The position numbers were made by a program, and so were the translations under genes. Source: Patescibacteria group bacterium (lineage in GTDB: Bacteria; Patescibacteriota; Microgenomatia; UBA8517). From it: a DNA stretch of 64,000 nucleotides. Of this stretch, positions 1 through 9,801 are shown in pieces. Under the pieces are notes generated by a model. That model searched no databases and was not told the origin of the DNA. It worked only from the letters and a program-made list of their open reading frames with translations. The stretch spans positions 223,127 through 287,126 of the forward strand of contig DATDRP010000001.1 in assembly GCA_035291665.1 (NCBI GenBank). Direction: 5' to 3'. How positions within the stretch are numbered: position 1 is the first letter of the stretch; each line of letters starts with the position of its first letter.

Positions 1-1444
1 CAATTTTTTTGGTTAAAGTTGTTACAAGTGTTCGTCTTCCTTTTTTAGTTTCTTTTTTTATCTCTTTAATGACGTCTTTAACCTGATGTCCAACGCTTCT
101 GATTTCGGTTAGAGGATCAGGAATTCCGGTCGGACGGACCAACTGTTGAACAATACTTGTACAATCAATGCTTTGTTTCTTACATCCCCCTGCTTCGTAT
201 GCCTGACTTAATTCCCATTCTGAAGGTGTTGCCGACATAGCTATAAAGCCGTTTATAGATCTTAGAAATTCTTCAAATCGTAATGGTCTGTTATCGAGCG
301 CTGACGGAAGTCTGAAGCCGTAATCAATGAGGGTATTTTTCCTTGCTTGATCACCATTATACATGCCTCTTATTTGAGGGAAAGTCATATGAGATTCATC
401 AATAAATAAAAGCCAGTTATTGCCGTGTTTTTCCTGAAAATAATCCAAAAGTGTATACGGAGCATCCCCGGGATTCCTACCGTCAAAATACCTTGAATAA
501 TTTTCTATCCCTTTTACATATCCGACTTCTTTTATCATACTCATGTCGTAATTGACTCTTTGTGAAATTCTTTGTGCCTCTACGATTTTTCCCTGAGATT
601 CCAAATACTTAATATGCTTTTTAAGGTCTTCGTCTATTTTTTCAAAAGCATTCTCATTCTCGGAAGGATCAGTTATGTAGTGTTTTGCAGGATATAGAAC
701 AAAGTTTGACATATCCTTTTCTATAACTTCGCCGGTTACCGTGTTAATTTGCGAAATATTTTTGATTCGTGTTTCATCGCAATCAAATCTTATCCCTATA
801 TCGGAATATGCCGGGTAAACATCCAGGATATTTCCCCTGACTCTGAAAGTGCCTCTTTTGAAGGAAAAATCGCTTCTTTCGTATTGCAGATCTGTCAACC
901 TGTCAATCATTTGCTTCCTTTGAATCTTCATATTTTTTCCTGTTTCAAAAATAAATTTTCCATATTGTTTCGGCGAACCAATGTTATAGATACATGAAAC
1001 AGATGCAACTACAATCGTGTCGGGACGGGTCAATATATTGGTTGTTGCAGCAAGACGGAGTTTGTCAATGGTTTCATTAATATCAGCATCTTTTTCTATA
1101 TAAGTATCGGTTGAAGGAATATAAGCTTCCGGTTGGTAATAATCATAGTAAGATACAAAATATGAAACTGCATTTTCCGGGAAGAAATCCCGGAATTCCT
1201 GATAAAGCTGTGCCGCGAGAGTCTTGTTATGGGAGATTACCAGTGCGGGCATTGATAATTTGTTAATCACGTTGGCAGCCGTAAAAGTCTTTCCTGAACC
1301 CGTAACACCTAAGAGAACCTGCCGATCAATTTTATTATTAATATTTTGGCATAGTTTATCTATCGCTTTCTGCTGGTCAGGAATTGGTGTGTATGCTGAC
1401 TTTAAAGAAAATTTATTCACAGGCAAACTAAAATTATACCACAT
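1..1444 (-). CDS. uvrB: Excinuclease ABC subunit B (UvrB), N-terminal ~481 aa; C-terminus runs off the window start
   Basis: Minus-strand translation from ATG at 1444..1442 gives MWYNFSLPVNKFSLKSAYTPIPDQQKAIDKLCQNINNKIDRQVLLGVTGSGKTFTAANVINKLSMPALVISHNKTLAAQLYQEFRDFFPENAVSYFVSYYDYYQPEAYIP. This is the classic UvrB N-terminus with a Walker A motif. Not in the ORF track because it is truncated by the window edge. Confidence 0.85.
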   Translation of the reverse strand, partial: MWYNFSLPVNKFSLKSAYTPIPDQQKAIDKLCQNINNKIDRQVLLGVTGSGKTFTAANVINKLSMPALVISHNKTLAAQLYQEFRDFFPENAVSYFVSYYDYYQPEAYIPSTDTYIEKDADINETIDKLRLAATTNILTRPDTIVVASVSCIYNIGSPKQYGKFIFETGKNMKIQRKQMIDRLTDLQYERSDFSFKRGTFRVRGNILDVYPAYSDIGIRFDCDETRIKNISQINTVTGEVIEKDMSNFVLYPAKHYITDPSENENAFEKIDEDLKKHIKYLESQGKIVEAQRISQRVNYDMSMIKEVGYVKGIENYSRYFDGRNPGDAPYTLLDYFQEKHGNNWLLFIDESHMTFPQIRGMYNGDQARKNTLIDYGFRLPSALDNRPLRFEEFLRSINGFIAMSATPSEWELSQAYEAGGCKKQSIDCTSIVQQLVRPTGIPDPLTEIRSVGHQVKDVIKEIKKETKKGRRTLVTTLTKKI

Positions 1445-1451
1445 TCCCCTA

Positions 1452-1480
1452 TTGACATCTTCGGGTAATATTAGTATAAA
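1452..1480 (+). promoter_or_regulatory. Sigma70-type promoter for lexA: TTGACA, 17-bp spacer, TATAAA
   Basis: TTGACA at 1452-1457, 17-bp spacer, TATAAA at 1475-1480, about 80 nt upstream of the lexA ATG. Confidence 0.5.
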
Positions 1481-1482
1481 TT

Positions 1483-1556
1483 AGAGTAGAAGAGCAGGTG
1501 AGCAAGAGAGTAGAAGTTTTTAACTTTTACTCTTACACTCTTTTACTCTTCTACTT
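1483..1556. promoter_or_regulatory. Candidate LexA operator cluster: 27-bp palindrome plus extra AGTAGAAG / CTTCTACT copies
   Basis: Palindrome AGAGTAGAAGTT-ttt-AACTTTTACTCT at 1507-1533 with 11/12 arm complementarity. Direct copy AGAGTAGAAGAG at 1483-1494. Inverted copy ACTCTTCTACT at 1545-1555. All lie between the -10 element and the lexA start codon. Confidence 0.35.
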
Positions 1557-1562
1557 TAATAA

Positions 1563-2186
1563 ATGGCTCCCATAATATATAAAAAACAAAGACAAATTCT
1601 TGATTTCATCAGACAAAAAATTCAATTGGTAGGATCTGCTCCGACTCTTAGGGAAATCGCAGATGCAATAGGCGTATCTTCGCTGGCAACCGTTCACGAA
1701 CATCTGACAACACTTGAAACCAAAGGTCTTATAAAAAGAAAATTCGGTAAAAACAGGGCTATTAAAATATCAGATGAAGAAATGTTTTCACAGGCCGATG
1801 GCGTAGAAGTTCCGATTCTCGGTTATATTGCCGCCGGTGCACCAATTGAACCTTATACCGACCCAAATGCAAGTATGAGCATTCCTCCATCTTTTATGTC
1901 CGGTAAAAAAAGGACATTTCTTCTTCAGGTTAAGGGTGAATCAATGATCGAAGAACAAATTAGAGATGGAGATTATGTTGTGATTGAGCAATCGGAGGGT
2001 GCTAGTAATGGTGATATTGTTGTTGCCCTTCTCGATAACGGAATGGCGACATTAAAAAGATTTTTCAAGGAAGCAACAAGGATCCGACTTGAACCGGCGA
2101 ATGCCGCAATGAGTCCTATTTTTGTCAAAAACGTTAAAATTCAGGGAAAAGTTGTCGGATTAATAAGAAAATATACAAGAAACTAA
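1563..2186 (+). CDS. lexA: LexA repressor (S24 peptidase)
   Basis: N-terminal winged helix-turn-helix. Ala-Gly cleavage site IAAGAP. Ser in GESM and Lys in TLKR form the catalytic dyad. Confidence 0.9.
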   Translation: MAPIIYKKQRQILDFIRQKIQLVGSAPTLREIADAIGVSSLATVHEHLTTLETKGLIKRKFGKNRAIKISDEEMFSQADGVEVPILGYIAAGAPIEPYTDPNASMSIPPSFMSGKKRTFLLQVKGESMIEEQIRDGDYVVIEQSEGASNGDIVVALLDNGMATLKRFFKEATRIRLEPANAAMSPIFVKNVKIQGKVVGLIRKYTRN

Positions 2187-2234
2187 AAATTAAAGATAAA
2201 AAAAGAAGAGTTTTTTTAATCAACCATCAAAGCT

Positions 2235-3503
2235 TCATTTTGATCGGGAAAGTTCGTTTTCTATTGCGAGCAGCCGGTTATATTTTACTACCCGTTCTCC
2301 TCTTGCCGGGGCACCGAATTTTACATAATCTGCACCGACTCCAGTTGCAAAATCGGCTATAAACCAATCGGTTGTTTCACCGGAGCGATGAGAAACAATA
2401 ATTTTCCAATTTGCACCCCTTGCAAGCTTAATAACCTGTAAGGTTTCAGTGACAGTACCAATCTGGTTTGGCTTAACCAAAATGGCATTGCAAGCTTTTT
2501 CTTTTATCGCTTTTTGAACTCTTTCAAAATTTGTTGCAAGAAGATCATCTCCAACCATCAGAATTTGGCCTTGAAATTCATTATAAATTTTCTTCCAGCT
2601 TTCCCAAGCATCTTCCTGGAACATGTCTTCCAATAAAGCAAGGTGGTAGTTTGCATTAATTGATTTATAGTAATCAAGAAGTTCATTGTCTGTCATGGGT
2701 GAAGATTTATCACGGATTGTATAAACGCCGTTTTTATAAAAAACCGATGCAGCTACATCAAGGCCCAAAAAGACATCCTTACCCAAAGAATAATCTGATT
2801 CGTTTATGGATTCGACCATTATTTCCAAAGCATCGGCATTTGTGAATAAATTCGGCGCATATCCTCCCTCATCGCCAACTGAATGTATGGCACCTCTTCT
2901 TTTTAGGTTGCCACCGATCTTCATGTAAATCTCAACTCCCATCCGCAAGCCATCAGAAAATTTCTTTGAGGTTGCAGGTATAACATGGAATTCCTGAAAA
3001 TCCAAGTTTCCGGCTCCATGAAGACCTCCGTTGATCATATTGAAAAGCGGTGTAGAGGCATGAGGACTTGCTGTTATTCCCATATTGGATGCAAGATTAT
3101 AGTAATGTTTGTAAAGTGGGATCCCTTGTGCAATAGCTGCTGTTTTTGAAATTACAACCGATGCTGCAAGTATTGCATTACCTCCGTACTTTGATTTATT
3201 TTTTGTTCCGTCGAGAGAAATCAATTTATTGTCTACTCCGAATTGGTCCGTAATTTCCATGCCAACTAAGGCAGGTCCCAGTATCGTATTTACATTATTT
3301 ACCGCTTTTAAGACTCCTTTCCCCAAATATCTGGGTGAGTCGGTGTCGCGTAGTTCAAGTGCTTCATATGTCCCGGTGGAAGCTCCTGACGGAACAGATG
3401 CGACTCCAACGTGGCCTGTGTCTGTAACACAGACTGCCTCAACCGTAGGTGTTCCGCGGGAATCCAGTATTTCTCTTGCAAAAATATTTTTTACTTTAGC
3501 CAT
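2235..3503 (-). CDS. eno: Enolase (phosphopyruvate hydratase)
   Basis: Begins MAKVKNIFAREILDSRGTPTVEAVCVT and has the full-length enolase signature. 422 aa. Confidence 0.95.
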   Translation of the reverse strand: MAKVKNIFAREILDSRGTPTVEAVCVTDTGHVGVASVPSGASTGTYEALELRDTDSPRYLGKGVLKAVNNVNTILGPALVGMEITDQFGVDNKLISLDGTKNKSKYGGNAILAASVVISKTAAIAQGIPLYKHYYNLASNMGITASPHASTPLFNMINGGLHGAGNLDFQEFHVIPATSKKFSDGLRMGVEIYMKIGGNLKRRGAIHSVGDEGGYAPNLFTNADALEIMVESINESDYSLGKDVFLGLDVAASVFYKNGVYTIRDKSSPMTDNELLDYYKSINANYHLALLEDMFQEDAWESWKKIYNEFQGQILMVGDDLLATNFERVQKAIKEKACNAILVKPNQIGTVTETLQVIKLARGANWKIIVSHRSGETTDWFIADFATGVGADYVKFGAPARGERVVKYNRLLAIENELSRSK

Positions 3504-5782
3504 TATTTTTTAGATTTTGTTACCAGATCCTTCTCTGCTTCATGAATTACATTTCTAACTCTTGTTACAGCATCTGGGTTAACAGATATACTTGTAACTC
3601 CGTAATTAATTAATTTTCTAACAAAATCTTCATAAACGGAAGGGGCTTGTCCGCAAATTGATGTCGTGACCCTTCTTTTGGCACAATGTTTTATCACCCG
3701 CCGTAAGCTCCACATGACGGCAGGAGAACGTTCATTGAATGATTCAGCTACTTCCGCATTGTCTCTGTCGGTACCAGTCACAAGCATCGTTAAGTCATTC
3801 GAACCTATTGAAACTCCATCAATTCCAACATCGATGAATTTATCAATCAGAATAACGTTTATAGGTATTTCTACCATCATCCAAAATTTGAATGTCGGAT
3901 CGTCGAAAAGCCCTTCGGATGCAACCAAGCGCCTGACTTTTTTGAGTTCTTCGGGAGATCTGACAAAAGGAATCATCATCCAAAGATTTTTGTATCTCTT
4001 CCTGACATTTTTAATCGCTTGAAGTTCTAATCCAAAAACATCCGGATTTGTGATATATCTGAAAGCTCCTCTGAATCCGAGCATTGGGTTTGCTTCCTCC
4101 GGTTCCCATGCTTTCCCACCGGGAAGCGATCGGTATTCGTTAGTCTTGAAATCTGTAGCACGATAAACTACAGGCCTCGGACTGAAGTTCTTCGCAAATG
4201 TTTCCATATCTTTACTTAATTTTTCGATAAAGACATTTTGTTTTTTATTTTTAATCGCTTCTTTGGGATGGATTCCGATGTTTGCGATCATAAATTCGGC
4301 ACGTAGGAGTCCAACACCCTGGACGTCCATTTTCGAAACTTCTTTTGCTCTTTCAGGCTCTGCCAAATTAACATAAAGGCGCGTTGCTGTTTTTAAGCCT
4401 TCCTTATATACGTTTACAACAGCTGCGTTTTCCAGATTTGCTTTAACTTTACCGCCTAAAAAGATAAGACCTTTAGAACCGTCTACGGTTACTACAGTAT
4501 TTTCCCTAAGATCGTGTGTTGCTGTTTTGGATCCGACTACGCAAGGAATCCCCAATTCTCTTGAAACAATAGCGGCATGAGATGTTAGACCGCCTTCGTC
4601 AGTTACAATTGCGGACGCTTTTTTCATTGCAGGTACATAATCCGGCGAAGTCATTTTGGCAACCAAAATATCACCGGATCTTACTTTTGATATTTCTTTC
4701 GGTCCGGATAATACTTTTACAGGTCCCGATCCGATTCCCGGACTTGCAGGAGTACCTTGAAGTACAGGTGTCTGGCCGATCAAATCTATTTCATCCTTTT
4801 TCTTGTCCTCTATAGTTGTAATTGTTGTGACAGGCCTGGTCTGAACTATATATATTTTACCTTTTTCGTATGCCCATTCAGAATCCTGAGGGAAATAATA
4901 ATGTTTCTGAAGACTTTCTGAAAGTTTTGCCAATTTTACAATATCTTCATCACTGATCTTCTGGAGCTCGCGTTTGTTTTTCGGTACTTCTTTTTCAATA
5001 TTTTTATCACCTTTTTTTACCAGCATAACCGACTGATCGGAGATCTCTTTTGATAAAAGAGCATGGGTCTCTTTTTGGACCAAATATTTATCGGGTACAA
5101 CTGATCCCTGGACTATCATCTCGCCAAGTCCCCATACAGCCTCGATAATTATCATATCTTTATTATTTGTGACCGGATCAATTGAAAACATTACTCCGGA
5201 AACTTCGGACTGGACCATTTTTTGAATAATTACCGATATTTTGACTTTTGAATGTGCAATTTTATTTTGTTCACGGTAGAAAATAGCTCTTGCAGTGAAA
5301 AGCGATGCCCAACATTCACGAACTGAAACCAAAATGTTATTGAATCCTTGTATGTTCAAAAATGTTGCCTGCTGTCCTGCAAATGAGGCACCGGGTAAAT
5401 CTTCTGCTGTTGCTGATGATCGTACCGCAACCTGAGCTTTTGATAATGGACCTGACAATTTTTTGTATGCAGTTATTATATCTTTCTGGACATCTTCCGG
5501 AATTTCGCTTTTATTGACTATTTTTTGAATTTTTTGCGAAGCTTCATCCAGCTGCCCCGGATCATCAACATCAACTTGTTTCAGATAGTCATTAATCGTA
5601 TTAAAAATTTTATTATGTTCAATAAATTTTTCGTAGGCAGCAACCGTGACTGCGTAACCGTTGGGAACGGGAAAACCAGCCTGAGTCATTTCACCTAGGT
5701 TTGCTCCTTTTCCACCTACCCTGGGTATATCATTTTTATCTATATCTTTGAAAAAGAGTATGTAATCGCCTTGGGCAGTCAT
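3503..5782 (-). CDS. ppsA: PEP synthase / pyruvate phosphate dikinase-family enzyme
   Basis: N-terminal PEP/pyruvate-binding domain. Mobile phospho-His domain GGLTSHAAIVSRELGIPCVVG. C-terminal PEP-utilising TIM barrel. 759 aa, closer to PpsA length than to PPDK. Confidence 0.8.
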   Translation of the reverse strand: MTAQGDYILFFKDIDKNDIPRVGGKGANLGEMTQAGFPVPNGYAVTVAAYEKFIEHNKIFNTINDYLKQVDVDDPGQLDEASQKIQKIVNKSEIPEDVQKDIITAYKKLSGPLSKAQVAVRSSATAEDLPGASFAGQQATFLNIQGFNNILVSVRECWASLFTARAIFYREQNKIAHSKVKISVIIQKMVQSEVSGVMFSIDPVTNNKDMIIIEAVWGLGEMIVQGSVVPDKYLVQKETHALLSKEISDQSVMLVKKGDKNIEKEVPKNKRELQKISDEDIVKLAKLSESLQKHYYFPQDSEWAYEKGKIYIVQTRPVTTITTIEDKKKDEIDLIGQTPVLQGTPASPGIGSGPVKVLSGPKEISKVRSGDILVAKMTSPDYVPAMKKASAIVTDEGGLTSHAAIVSRELGIPCVVGSKTATHDLRENTVVTVDGSKGLIFLGGKVKANLENAAVVNVYKEGLKTATRLYVNLAEPERAKEVSKMDVQGVGLLRAEFMIANIGIHPKEAIKNKKQNVFIEKLSKDMETFAKNFSPRPVVYRATDFKTNEYRSLPGGKAWEPEEANPMLGFRGAFRYITNPDVFGLELQAIKNVRKRYKNLWMMIPFVRSPEELKKVRRLVASEGLFDDPTFKFWMMVEIPINVILIDKFIDVGIDGVSIGSNDLTMLVTGTDRDNAEVAESFNERSPAVMWSLRRVIKHCAKRRVTTSICGQAPSVYEDFVRKLINYGVTSISVNPDAVTRVRNVIHEAEKDLVTKSKK

Positions 5783-5909
5783 ATAATTTCTAATAGCAAA
5801 TAGTGAAAAGTGAAAAGATAAGTTTATCTCTCATGAAAAACCCTTCACTAATCATATTGGCAGAGTTATAAATAATTTTCAATGGCATTTTCCCTACCAA
5901 TTTATACAA

Positions 5910-6992
5910 TCATTTTCCCAAAGGTTGGCCTAATTGAACTTTGAAGTAATCCACCCAGGGAATAGGCGTCGGGTCCTGTTCATACTGCATGGAGAGATAA
6001 AAGTCTAAATAAGCTCCGAATTGAATTACTTCAAATGCCTGCGAAAGAAAATTAGCTGATTTTGGTTTAAAAACTTGGAATTCGATATCGTTTTTACGAA
6101 CAACATTTTGAGTAATACTCATTCTTTTTTGTATACGCTCAGGATACAAATCCGATTCGAAAAATATAAATACTACATTTTCTGCGTTTCCAAATGGGTG
6201 AACAAGTCCTTCCATCAAATGGTGGTTAAGCTCAGGGACAGATACATCAAAACATAAATTTTTTGAATTTTCATTTTGCTGGTTATTAACAACGTGGCTT
6301 GCTCCGACAAGATGCTTCGCGGAAACGAATATGACAATTTTATCCTTAATTTTATTGGAAAGTTCAATTGAAGCATTTGAAATCACTACTTCTTTATTAT
6401 TTACCCTTTTCACTTCTTCCATCGCATTGGTAACACTTTTCAAGTCATCATTCGTAAGATCAATTAAACCCGATTTATATGCAAGTACCATTTGACCAAT
6501 CACCGAATAACCAATCGCCATTCTTGGCTGCTGCGAAGTGTTAAATTTGGGATCAATTTGATAATAAGGAACATGATGCTCCTTCGCCATATCAATTAAT
6601 TTACCTCCCTTGGCAACGACCATCCATTTTGCATTTTTCTGAATCGCTTCCCCGGCATTTTGTATTGTTTCTTCGGTTTCACCTGAATAACTTGAGCAAA
6701 TAACCAGAGAGTTTTCGCTGCAGTATGGAGGGAGATTGTAGTCATTGACCCGAACCAATGGACATTTCAATTTATCAAAATATACTGACTCAATTACCCG
6801 GGCGCCGAGTCCCGACCCGCCCATTCCGCACATAATAATATTTTTTATATCTTTATACGATTCAGGGACCTCTACCTTTCCAGCATCTTCCCAGGCATGT
6901 TCAACTTGTTTGGAAAGATCCTCAACCGATGCATATAGATTTTTGGGGTCATTTTTTTTAATCTTTTCGGATAAGTCCATATTGATTGACAT
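5910..6992 (-). CDS. Bifunctional phosphoglucose/phosphomannose isomerase (SIS domain, archaeal-type PGI/PMI)
   Basis: Motifs MCGMGGSGLG and SYSGETEET. 360 aa. Confidence 0.7.
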   Translation of the reverse strand: MSINMDLSEKIKKNDPKNLYASVEDLSKQVEHAWEDAGKVEVPESYKDIKNIIMCGMGGSGLGARVIESVYFDKLKCPLVRVNDYNLPPYCSENSLVICSSYSGETEETIQNAGEAIQKNAKWMVVAKGGKLIDMAKEHHVPYYQIDPKFNTSQQPRMAIGYSVIGQMVLAYKSGLIDLTNDDLKSVTNAMEEVKRVNNKEVVISNASIELSNKIKDKIVIFVSAKHLVGASHVVNNQQNENSKNLCFDVSVPELNHHLMEGLVHPFGNAENVVFIFFESDLYPERIQKRMSITQNVVRKNDIEFQVFKPKSANFLSQAFEVIQFGAYLDFYLSMQYEQDPTPIPWVDYFKVQLGQPLGK

Positions 6993-7004
6993 TTATTATT
7001 AAAA

Positions 7005-8432
7005 TTAGATTTTAAGGAGATCCTGACTTACTCCAAAATCCCAATTCACATCCTTGTAGCCGCTTATTTTTTCTGCCAAATAAATTCTAAGTTTTTCGTA
7101 CTCTTCAGATGTAATAGCTTCTATTTTGACGGTTATATAAGGACCATTCTGGGAGTACCTGACAACGAACATAGAATTACCGGTTTCAAACCTTACACCG
7201 TCGCCGATATTTTCCCCATCCATGACAATTGCATTCGGATAATCGTTTTTTATTTTACCTGCAAGATCCTTTATCATTTCTGCTTTTTTATCATCCGGGT
7301 AGCCTATTTTTATTTCAGGACTCGAGACATATTTTGGAAGCATTTCTATTAATTCTGAAAGCTTTTTACCGGAACGAGCCATATAGCTTATCAGTCTCAA
7401 AGAAGAATATATTCCGTCATCATGATTATAAAAATCCGCAGAGAAAAAGAAATGACCTGACAGCTCACCGATAAATGCTGCTTTAACTTCCTGATTCTTT
7501 TTCTTAAGAAAAGAATGACCGGTTCTCCACATATATGGAATTCCTCCGTATTTCTCGATAGTTTGGGTTACGGCCAGCGAGCAAAGAGAATTAAACATGA
7601 TCTTGCTTCCTGGATGTTTTTCCAAAATATCAAGAACAAATATTGCCAAAAGCATGTCGTTCCAAATTATTTGCCCTTTTTCATCAACTATTCCTATCCT
7701 GTCTCCATCAGAATCATAACTAAAACCCACATCAGCACCCGCCTCCAAAGTTTCTTTGGATACCCTTTCAGCAAGTTTTGTTGCTGTTGGATCCGGTGCT
7801 CCAAGAGGAAAATTACTGTCAACTTCGGTATGAATCTTTATAACATCCAACCCAAATGCTTCAAAGACATCAGGTACGATTGCGCCTCCTGTAGAATAAC
7901 TTGTATCAACCAATACCCTGAGTTTTTTATCTATATTTATCCTATTTTTAAGATCTGCTATATAATCATTTTTGATATCGCGTTCCTCAATTTTACCTTC
8001 AAAATCACCTTTTTCATAATCCTCATTTTCAACCATCTCCTTCATAATATTCATTTGCTCAGTCACCATCGTTTCCGAGAAATCTACGGATAATTTGGCT
8101 CCGTTATATTCCTTTGGGTTATGAGATGCTGTGATATAAATTCCACCCTTATGCTGAAGGAAATACTGCGACCAATAAAAATTTCCGACAAATGTGAGAC
8201 CAATATTAATCACATTAATTCCGGCCCATGAAAGGCCTCTCATTAAAGCATCGGAGTATTCAATACTGGTCGGGCGTGCATCTCTGCCGACGATTGCAGT
8301 GTCGTCAATCTTATTTCTTTTTAAATACGTCCCATAAGCTTTCCCTAAATGCTCAAAAAACTCTGAAGATAAATCGGTTCCCGATACTCCCCGAAGGTCG
8401 TATGCCCTGAATATTTGGGGGTTCACTTTCAT
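7005..8432 (-). CDS. Phosphoglucomutase/phosphomannomutase
   Basis: Active-site Ser loop TASHNPKEYNG, metal-binding DSDGDR, four-domain length. 475 aa. Confidence 0.85.
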   Translation of the reverse strand: MKVNPQIFRAYDLRGVSGTDLSSEFFEHLGKAYGTYLKRNKIDDTAIVGRDARPTSIEYSDALMRGLSWAGINVINIGLTFVGNFYWSQYFLQHKGGIYITASHNPKEYNGAKLSVDFSETMVTEQMNIMKEMVENEDYEKGDFEGKIEERDIKNDYIADLKNRINIDKKLRVLVDTSYSTGGAIVPDVFEAFGLDVIKIHTEVDSNFPLGAPDPTATKLAERVSKETLEAGADVGFSYDSDGDRIGIVDEKGQIIWNDMLLAIFVLDILEKHPGSKIMFNSLCSLAVTQTIEKYGGIPYMWRTGHSFLKKKNQEVKAAFIGELSGHFFFSADFYNHDDGIYSSLRLISYMARSGKKLSELIEMLPKYVSSPEIKIGYPDDKKAEMIKDLAGKIKNDYPNAIVMDGENIGDGVRFETGNSMFVVRYSQNGPYITVKIEAITSEEYEKLRIYLAEKISGYKDVNWDFGVSQDLLKI

Positions 8433-8439
8433 AGATTGT

Positions 8440-9117
8440 TCATTCTAAGTGTTTTATCAGGAGTAAATCAATAGACTCCTTGAGATTGGCACGGGAGGTT
8501 TTTACTTTGATATCAATCTCGGACATTTCTTCGATAATTTTTTCAACTTCATTTTTATCAAATTTCTTTGCCTGAGAAGAAATTTTTCCGATCCTCCAAG
8601 GTGGATACGGAATGGTTGAACCCTGAAAACTCACCCAATACAAATCCCGGAATAATTTCGCCATGAGTGAAAAAACAAATTCAGGAGCAGTTACCGCTGC
8701 CAGGTCATTAAAAAGTTTTAATGAGTATTTTAAATTTCCGGGATATATTGAATCCAAAAATTTCCAAAGAAGAACCGGAAGATCATATTTTTCAATTTTA
8801 ACAGACTTCGGAAGTGATTTTATTTTTACAGCTGAGAGTAATCCTTCGTTAAAAAATAAAACTGTTGCATCAAGTTTTTTTTCATATGATTTCAAAAATG
8901 CAAGATCTTTTTCCGTCAGATCGCTAAATTTATCAACATATATCAATCTGTCGGCAGAAAATAATAAAGGATTAGTAACGGCATTTTTAAAACCTGTTCC
9001 GTTTTTTGAGACGCTCACAATATCCCATCCCCGTTTTTTGGCAGCTGAGATCATCACATTTTTTCTATGATAGCTTTTTTCAATGTCATCTCCGTGTATT
9101 AAGATGGTATTAATCAT
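8440..9117 (-). CDS. Hypothetical protein, possibly a short DNA polymerase III delta subunit (HolA-like)
   Basis: N-terminus ILIHGDD...ISAAKKRG resembles the HolA N-terminal domain. 225 aa. Weak similarity, inference only. Confidence 0.4.
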   Translation of the reverse strand: MINTILIHGDDIEKSYHRKNVMISAAKKRGWDIVSVSKNGTGFKNAVTNPLLFSADRLIYVDKFSDLTEKDLAFLKSYEKKLDATVLFFNEGLLSAVKIKSLPKSVKIEKYDLPVLLWKFLDSIYPGNLKYSLKLFNDLAAVTAPEFVFSLMAKLFRDLYWVSFQGSTIPYPPWRIGKISSQAKKFDKNEVEKIIEEMSEIDIKVKTSRANLKESIDLLLIKHLE

Positions 9118-9134
9118 GAATCCCTATCTCCTGT

Positions 9135-9593
9135 TCATTCAGAATATTTTTCAATCAATCCGATCACCCGGTCATGGAAATTGCGTTTACCCCGTTTTCT
9201 GATATGTGGAAGAAGTCCTCCTGAAAAATTCTTTGGGATATGAGCCAGTTCATGGAGTATCACCCTATCTTTCTCATAACTTTCCAGCTTATCAAAATGC
9301 TGTGATAAAACCTCGATTATATAGCTGGGTTTTACTTTTAAAGCCATTTGCCAAAGCCGGGATAGACCCCAAATTCTTGCATAGGCTCGTGATTTTGAAT
9401 AATAGGAGCGGTAGTAATAGATATTAGTTGAATCAATGTCGGAATTCAGTTTTTTCAATATAACTTTAACTTTTTTTTCCACATCGTAAGCTTTTTCCCA
9501 CACAACAGGAGATGAAGTTTTCCTGCGTTTTTTTGGAGTCTTTCTTTTATGAGACCTTATAAACCTCAGCACCTTCTTTAACCTCCTTTTCAA
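9135..9593 (-). CDS. Putative zinc metallopeptidase-like protein (HExxH) with a very basic N-terminus
   Basis: HELAH motif followed by a conserved His (LPHIRKR). The N-terminal ~30 aa are Lys/Arg-rich (KRKTPKKRRK). 152 aa. Overlaps the upstream gene by 47 nt. Confidence 0.35.
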   Translation of the reverse strand: MKRRLKKVLRFIRSHKRKTPKKRRKTSSPVVWEKAYDVEKKVKVILKKLNSDIDSTNIYYYRSYYSKSRAYARIWGLSRLWQMALKVKPSYIIEVLSQHFDKLESYEKDRVILHELAHIPKNFSGGLLPHIRKRGKRNFHDRVIGLIEKYSE

Positions 9594-9801
9594 CCTTTAA
9601 TCCTACCATATCACCCTCTTTTGCACTTTCAACATTTGCATGTTCAACCTGCATCGAATCTACCGTTTGCTCAAAAAGGTCCTCTCCGCCTCGTACAAAT
9701 TTTATTTTATCTCCGACTTTCAAATCTGTGAGAATACTCAATATTGCAACCCCGATTTTATCGAAATAATGGTCAACGGTAGCTATTTTCAGATCAGCCA
9801 T
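9547..9801 (-). CDS. Small beta-barrel protein, EF-Tu domain-2-like (hypothetical)
   Basis: 84 aa. The VGDKIKF...EGDMVGLKV pattern is typical of translation-factor domain-2 barrels. Confidence 0.4.
   Translation of the reverse strand: MADLKIATVDHYFDKIGVAILSILTDLKVGDKIKFVRGGEDLFEQTVDSMQVEHANVESAKEGDMVGLKVEKEVKEGAEVYKVS

Noticed and set aside
1224-1484. Plus-strand 86-aa ORF
   Set aside because: It overlaps the uvrB N-terminal coding region antisense and the lexA promoter. The UvrB reading frame on the minus strand explains the region.
2660-4815. Plus-strand ORFs 2660..2845, 3229..3513, 3666..4022, 4582..4815
   Set aside because: They lie fully antisense within eno and ppsA, have low-complexity composition and no RBS. 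They are spurious.
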